A stretch of 63,352 bases of DNA, filler included, from NCBI RefSeq assembly GCF_002087085.1. It is 4 parts of 4 records of this genome, joined end to end, with 100 filler letters (N's around TTAATTAATTAA, not from the genome) between each part and the next. Parts side by side here need not be neighbours in the genome. Positions count along the whole stretch, not along the records: positions 47,954 to 60,575 come from NZ_MWQY01000037.1; positions 60,676 to 63,352 come from NZ_MWQY01000048.1; 2 more parts are not named here. One strand, given 5' to 3'. Numbering within the stretch: the first letter of the stretch is position 1; every line of letters begins with the position of its first letter. The notes under the pieces were generated by a model. It was not told the DNA's origin, did no database searches, and worked only from the letters and a program-made list of their open reading frames with translations. The translations under genes were made by a program, and so were the position numbers. Of this stretch, positions 58,599 to 63,352 are shown in pieces.

Positions 58599-59401
58599 TG
58601 GATTCCATACGACATCACTTTGGATTGAAGAAGGATCCTTTCCCGCAGAATATGGCCGTGAAGGATCTGTATCCGCTGCCTGCACTTACTCCCCTGGAAC
58701 AGCGGGTGTTCTTTGCTGTGGGCCAAAAGGCGATAGCAGTAATCACCGGTGATGTAGGCTCCGGGAAATCTACCTCTCTGCGCTATGTGGCCAGCAAGTT
58801 CCACCAGAGCGAATATGAGCTGATTTCCATCGTCGGCGGCAACTACTCGCCGATGGAGTTGTACCGGCAGATTCTCTTAAACTTTGGCGTGAGCTATATG
58901 TCATATCAGGTGTCGGTGATGATCGCAAGAATCCGGGAGATCATTCTGGAAATCGCATCCAGAAAAGTCACACCGGTGCTTATCATTGATGAGGCTCACT
59001 TGCTCAAGCGTGCCGTGTTTACCCAGCTGCATACCCTGGCTCAGTTCGAATTTGATTCCCGTCCGGTCATGCCCATGATTCTCTGCGGTCAGGATCTTCT
59101 GCTTGAACACCTTATGGCGAATGCGGTACGCCCTCTTGCATCCCGGATCCTGGGACGCACCCACCTGGAAGCGATCAAGATGGAAGTTATGGAAGAATAC
59201 CTGAATCACCATATCCGCCTTTCAGGGAGCACCAGCAAGATATTCAGTCAGGAAGCGATCTTTGCCATCCACCAGGGATCCGGTGGCTTATTGCGTAGAG
59301 CCAACTCTTTGGCGAAGACCGCGCTCATGGCCAGTGCGCTGGAAGGGGGCCATACTATCTCGGCGGAACATGTCCGTCTCGCTGCAACAGAGATTCTGTA
59401 A
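58595..59401 (+). CDS. ExeA/TnsC-like AAA+ ATPase
   Basis: 'FGLKKDPF', Walker A 'GDVGSGKS', Walker B 'IIDEAH', 'LCGQ'. Confidence 0.92.
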   Translation: MMDSIRHHFGLKKDPFPQNMAVKDLYPLPALTPLEQRVFFAVGQKAIAVITGDVGSGKSTSLRYVASKFHQSEYELISIVGGNYSPMELYRQILLNFGVSYMSYQVSVMIARIREIILEIASRKVTPVLIIDEAHLLKRAVFTQLHTLAQFEFDSRPVMPMILCGQDLLLEHLMANAVRPLASRILGRTHLEAIKMEVMEEYLNHHIRLSGSTSKIFSQEAIFAIHQGSGGLLRRANSLAKTALMASALEGGHTISAEHVRLAATEIL

Positions 59402-59515
59402 GTCTGTTCACCCTGCGGCAAAGCCGCAGGGTGAACGTTCATTCAATGTGCATGAGAAATTGTCTAACTGTTCGTGCGAGGGTTTATTTAGTTTAATTTG
59501 AGATTCGACAACGAG

Positions 59516-59790
59516 AGCCGCAGGTGAATAGTCCTGCCCACAGCACATCCCGGACGGGATGTGCAAGCCCAAGCTTGCGGCAGGGTTTTCCGAAGGAAAA
59601 TCCCGAGAGCACGCGCAGGGACTGCTAACCAAACCGGATCGCGAAAGCGGTTCGGTTTTTTTATTTTCTTTCTGGACGAGAACCTTGGCCGAGCACATTG
59701 CAGTGCAATGTGCGGGGTCCGAAAGTTCCACAGGAACTGGAGGATAAGAGTCCTGCCCACAGCACATCCCGACAGGGATTTAGAGGCCGG
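59516..59790. repeat. Structured region with a 23-bp direct repeat and multiple hairpins
   Basis: AGTCCTGCCCACAGCACATCCCG at 59530-59552 and 59749-59771. Hairpins GCACATCCCG-ga-CGGGATGTGC, TTTTCC-gaa-GGAAAA, GCACATTGCA-g-TGCAATGTGC and AGTTCC-aca-GGAACT. Confidence 0.75.
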
Positions 59791-59831
59791 GGTACTGCCT
59801 TCGATAAAGTGGGCTGGAGGGCAAAGAAACT

Positions 59832-59944
59832 TTCACGCACATGAATATTTCAACAAAAACTGAAGCAGACCAGTACAATATTCATGAACATGAAAAAATA
59901 TGGACAAATGACATAAGATGCATTATAATATTCACGAACATGAA
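59832..59944. promoter_or_regulatory. Three palindromic operators, probable HipB sites
   Basis: TTCAYG-NN-CATGAA at 59832, 59881 and 59931 (49-50 bp period); the last overlaps the hipB ATG. Confidence 0.75.
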
Positions 59945-60176
59945 ATTAGCCATTCATTCAGCAGAACAGATCGGAGAACTCATCCGCTGCGAACGGAAGC
60001 GGCAGAAGATCCTGCAGCAGGATCTTGCCGATTTAAGCGGTGTCAGTCTGCACTTTTTATCCAACCTGGAAAACGGTAAAGCCACTGTTGAATTCCAGAA
60101 GGTCCTGCTGGTACTGCGCAGTCTCGGCATCGAAATGGAACTGCGTACCCGCTACACGGATAAAGAGGTGTCATGA
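59940..60176 (+). CDS. hipB: HipB-like XRE antitoxin
   Basis: 'IGELIRCERKRQKILQQDLADLSGVS...LENGK.T' directly upstream of a hipA N-terminus. Confidence 0.82.
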   Translation: MKLAIHSAEQIGELIRCERKRQKILQQDLADLSGVSLHFLSNLENGKATVEFQKVLLVLRSLGIEMELRTRYTDKEVS

Positions 60177-60544
60177 GTCTGCAGGTTTTTTATAATACCA
60201 GACTGGCAGGGACGCTTCATCAATACGAAAACAGCCGGATCAGTTTTGAGTATTCCCGGGACTGGGCCGACACAGCTGATTCGTTTCCGATCTCCCGGAG
60301 TATTCCCCTTTCTGGTAACTATGAACGAGGGACAACAGACCACCGCTTCTTTGCCAACCTTTTGCCCGAAGCCGCCGCGCGGGAAACGATATGTTGAGGT
60401 CTGGGAATTTCTCTGGATAATGATTACGAATTACTGTCAGCAATCTGCGGGGAATGCGCCGGCGCCCTGCAGATTATACCCGAAGGTGCTGAAAAAACCA
60501 CCACCCACGAATATGTTCCTCCTAAAGTGAGCGATTCCGAATAG
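60173..60544 (+). pseudogene. hipA: hipA pseudogene (N-terminal subdomain only)
   Basis: 'FEYS..W...PISRSIPL', 'FFANLLPE'. In-frame TGA at 60395-60397, then 'LLSAICGECAGALQI', then TAG at 60542-60544; no kinase domain. Confidence 0.8.
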
Positions 60545-60575
60545 AAATGAACTCCGCCAGCGGTTTTACCCTAGC

Positions 60576-60675
60576 NNNNNNNNNNNNNNNNNNNNNNNNN
60601 NNNNNNNNNNNNNNNNNNNTTAATTAATTAANNNNNNNNNNNNNNNNNNNNNNNNNNNNNNNNNNNNNNNNNNNN
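60576..60675. other. Artificial contig spacer
   Basis: N-run + TTAATTAATTAA + N-run. Confidence 0.99.
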
Positions 60676-60677
60676 CC

Positions 60678-63260
60678 ATCAGCACCGACCCTGAGGGGCG
60701 GGTAACAGAAACCCTGAGCGACCAGCGGGGACGTATCGTTGAACTGCGGAAGAAGTACCAGTCCACCCTGCTCATGAAGAGCGCCTACAGCTACGATGTG
60801 CTGGGACAGCTGTGTGAAGCGGTGATACGTGACGAAAAGATAAGCGGATCACCTGAGTACAGAACAGAATACGAGTACGACCTCCGGGGCCTTCAGACCG
60901 CCCTGGAATCGGCTGACACCGGACGCACGACCTTGAGCTACGACGCGGCAGGACGTCTTGTAAAGAAGGTGAGCGCCGTACTGCGGGAAACAGGCGGAGC
61001 GGTGAACTACGGGTACGACGGCCTGGGACGGCTGATACACATCAGCTACCCCGACCCCGCCATGGACGTGACTTATCAGTATGGAACAGCCGCCGCGGCC
61101 GCCGAGTACGGGGCAGGCCGGCTTGTAAGCAGAAGCGATGAATCCGGGAGCATCGACTACGAACATGGAAAGATGGGGGAGGTAGTCGCCGAGACCAGGA
61201 CCCTGAGGCGCCTTGATCCCCTCTCGACCACCCGGGAGGCCCGCATCGAGTACACGTCGAACTACCTGGGCCAGATGGAGAGCGTGAGGTATCCTGACGG
61301 AGAGGAGATCCGCTACGGCTATGACGAAGGCGGGCAGGTAGTCCATGTTGAAGGCGTACGGCCAAACGGAAGCACGACCGTATTCGTCGAGAGAATCGGT
61401 TACGACGAGTTCGGCCAGCGGAGCTATCTTGAATACGGCAACGGGGACGTGACCCGTTATACCTACGACCCCGATCGCCGCTGGCTCAGCGCTTTAAGCA
61501 CGGAGAACCAGTGGGGACGGAACCTGCAGAACCTGAGCTACAGCTTCGACCATGTGGGAAACATCGAAGAGCGGACAGACGCAAGCGGCAGGTACACAAG
61601 CACCCAGAGCTACAGCTACGACGGCCTCTACCAGCTTGAGACCGCCCGCGGAGAATACGTGAACAAACCCTCAGGCCACACCAGCTGGACTGACCGCTAC
61701 AGCCAGAGCTTTACCTACGACGGCCTGGGGAATATCCTGAAGAAGACCAGCACGGAAACGAGAGTCCCCTCGGCCTCTGTCCGGCCCCTGAATTACGAAC
61801 TGAACTATGAGTACGATGAGGACAGGCCGCACCTTGCAACGAAGATCGGGGAACTCTACTACAGCTACGACGCCAACGGAAACGTAACCCGTGAATCGAC
61901 CCTGCCTGACGGCCAGTCCTCCGCCCATGAAGCCCCGAACCTGAGCACCATCGGGGATGTCCGCCGGGCCGACCAGGCCTTCGGCTTTATCAACGAAGTG
62001 GAAAGCGGATGCGAGAACGAGTACATCCGCAGCTTCAGCTGGGACGCGGAGAACCGCTTGAAGAGCGTCCTGACCTCCAACGGAAAGAGCGTGAAGTACC
62101 TCTACGACGCCGACGGCAAACGCACCACCAAGTATGCAGGAGACGGCTCGTACACCGAAGGCATAAGCGGCGAGACCCTCTATTTTAACGAATGGTGGAC
62201 CGAAACCGCCGACTCAGGGAGCTTCCGGCGGGCCAAGCACATCTACGTGGGAAAGGAGCGTATCGTAACCCGCTTAAGCAACCCTTCAACCGGAGGGAAT
62301 CCCTATGAGGATGTAAACACCTACTACTACCACCCCGACCACCTGGGAAGCGCCCACTGCATAACCGACCCGCAGGGAAACCCCTACGAGAGGATAGAGT
62401 ATACCCCCTACGGCGAGATGTGGATCGAGATACAGGAGGATGAAGCTACAGCAAGCTATAACTACATACCTTTTCGATTTACCGCAAAGGAATATGACGA
62501 GGAGACCGGGCTCTATTATTATGGTGCCAGGTATATGGATCCGAAGACCAGCAGGTGGATGTCAGCTGATCCTGCGGGTTTTGAATTGCTTAACCCCATG
62601 GAGAAGAATAACAAGGGGAAGCTGAAACCGAAGACGAATTATTCCATGATTGAGGGGCTGAACTGGTATTCGTATGTGTCGAATAATCCGATGAAGTATT
62701 CTGATCCAACAGGTATGAATGGTCAATCTGAGATAGGGGGAGATCAAATACCATATTTTAAAAATGGTAAACCATATAATTTAATCGATGGACTTGATGT
62801 ATTTAACAGGTCCCCATACTTCACAGAAGATGGAAATGTCCCTGGTTTATATAGCAACACTCCTTGTTTATTTCCATCAAGTGGTAGTGCATCATTTACT
62901 GCAAAAGTAGGTCCATTGATGAAATTTTTACGTTCTTTGCCCACTGGCCTTGGTGAAGAAAAATATGATGCAGCATTAGGATTCTTAGAAAATGTTATTG
63001 ATCCAGATACTAGTGTTGCCATTGAACTTTGGGCAGAGTGGAGTGGAAGAGGATCACGACGGAAAATTGATCGATGGGGAATTAGAATTCCGTTACCTGA
63101 AATGACAGATGCTCTCGAAACAGGTGGTTCAAATGCTCTCGAAATCAACCTAAAGGATGTTCCTTATAAGAGTCATGCGATGGAAATTTTATTTAATAAT
63201 CCAGAAGCAGTGGAAGGATTGTTAAGAGAAGCAGGTATGTTGGAATATGAAAATGAGTAA
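60678..63260 (+). CDS. Rhs/YD-repeat polymorphic toxin, 5'-truncated by contig start
   Basis: Frame open from 60678; many YD repeats, 'YYYHPDHLGS', 'FTAKEYDEETGLYYYGARY', core end 'NNPMKYSDPTG', then an AT-rich C-terminal extension. Confidence 0.93.
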   Translation: MSTDPEGRVTETLSDQRGRIVELRKKYQSTLLMKSAYSYDVLGQLCEAVIRDEKISGSPEYRTEYEYDLRGLQTALESADTGRTTLSYDAAGRLVKKVSAVLRETGGAVNYGYDGLGRLIHISYPDPAMDVTYQYGTAAAAAEYGAGRLVSRSDESGSIDYEHGKMGEVVAETRTLRRLDPLSTTREARIEYTSNYLGQMESVRYPDGEEIRYGYDEGGQVVHVEGVRPNGSTTVFVERIGYDEFGQRSYLEYGNGDVTRYTYDPDRRWLSALSTENQWGRNLQNLSYSFDHVGNIEERTDASGRYTSTQSYSYDGLYQLETARGEYVNKPSGHTSWTDRYSQSFTYDGLGNILKKTSTETRVPSASVRPLNYELNYEYDEDRPHLATKIGELYYSYDANGNVTRESTLPDGQSSAHEAPNLSTIGDVRRADQAFGFINEVESGCENEYIRSFSWDAENRLKSVLTSNGKSVKYLYDADGKRTTKYAGDGSYTEGISGETLYFNEWWTETADSGSFRRAKHIYVGKERIVTRLSNPSTGGNPYEDVNTYYYHPDHLGSAHCITDPQGNPYERIEYTPYGEMWIEIQEDEATASYNYIPFRFTAKEYDEETGLYYYGARYMDPKTSRWMSADPAGFELLNPMEKNNKGKLKPKTNYSMIEGLNWYSYVSNNPMKYSDPTGMNGQSEIGGDQIPYFKNGKPYNLIDGLDVFNRSPYFTEDGNVPGLYSNTPCLFPSSGSASFTAKVGPLMKFLRSLPTGLGEEKYDAALGFLENVIDPDTSVAIELWAEWSGRGSRRKIDRWGIRIPLPEMTDALETGGSNALEINLKDVPYKSHAMEILFNNPEAVEGLLREAGMLEYENE

Positions 63261-63297
63261 AAATTATTTTTATCTCCTATTTATTGTTTGTTTATGT
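63253..63297 (+). pseudogene. Start of putative Rhs immunity gene interrupted by an IS66 end
   Basis: ATG overlaps the Rhs stop; MSKNYFYLLFIVCLC is signal-peptide-like and is cut at 63298. Confidence 0.5.
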
Positions 63298-63352
63298 GTA
63301 ACCGTCAATTAAACCCCACCCCTGACAAGAAATCAGAGGGAAATATTCCAAG
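63298..63352. mobile_element. IS66-family terminal sequence at contig end
   Basis: Identical to 47799-47853; begins GTAA. Confidence 0.75.

Larger units (their letters stand above)
56600..59510 (+). mobile_element. Complete three-gene DDE/AAA+ transposon (Mu/Tn7/IS21-like), 2911 bp
   Basis: Imperfect terminal IRs: TGTAGACTCGCACATTAAATTAAACAAACC and (reverse complement) TGTCGAATCTCAAATTAAACTAAATAAACC. 5-bp direct repeat ACGAG at 56595-56599 and 59511-59515. Confidence 0.92.

Noticed and set aside
59530..59771. CRISPR array or CAST mini-array next to the transposon
   Set aside because: Only two repeat copies, 219 bp apart, lying outside the transposon ends; no cas genes in the window.
56022..60397. 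TGA recoding (selenocysteine or Trp) suggested by in-frame TGAs in the GHKL and hipA genes
   Set aside because: Many intact genes in the window end in TGA, and both genes are also truncated further on, so nonsense mutation is simpler.
47799..63352. Direct repeats bounding a single 15.5-kb element
   Set aside because: The two 55-bp copies end different contigs; they are separate IS66 insertion junctions.

Overview
GC-rich bacterial DNA, most likely from a free-living spirochaete (inferred from the 'FAGGQ/GGxQ'-type solute-binding-protein leaders and the Rhs core style). It is four contigs joined by artificial N-TTAATTAATTAA-N spacers: 1-25565, 25666-47853, 47954-60575 and 60676-63352. Adjacency across the spacers is not evidence of linkage. 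Contig 1 carries radC, a NERD nuclease-SF1 helicase, mscS, cmoAB, an oligogalacturonide-type ABC transporter with YesMN-type two-component system, a sigma54/PrpR-controlled TRAP-pdxA2 operon and an acid-sugar catabolic cluster. Both of its ends carry the same IS end in inverted orientation. Contig 2 carries a 12-gene Mrp-coupled MBX/MBS-like (sulfane-sulfur reductase-like) membrane complex. It has a fused double antiporter subunit, an NuoI-GltD (NAD(P)H input) fusion and a Cys-rich ArsR regulator. The contig also has a GH127/ABC/LacI locus and an attC-like fold-back. Contig 3 is a decaying genomic island: AT-rich TRAP/Fe-ADH cargo, IS21 and IS66 remnants, an excisionase and a TopoVI-B-like pseudogene, ending at a 3' half of tRNA-Met. 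A complete 2.9-kb TG...CA transposon follows (zinc finger + DDE transposase + AAA ATPase, 5-bp TSD), inserted 60 bp past the tRNA fragment into a structured tRNA-related repeat, and then a broken hipBA. Contig 4 is an Rhs toxin with an unrecognised C-terminal domain whose putative immunity gene is cut by an IS66 end. The best candidates for new biology are the NAD(P)H-fed MBS-like complex and the three-gene Tn7-like transposon with its tRNA-linked target repeat.
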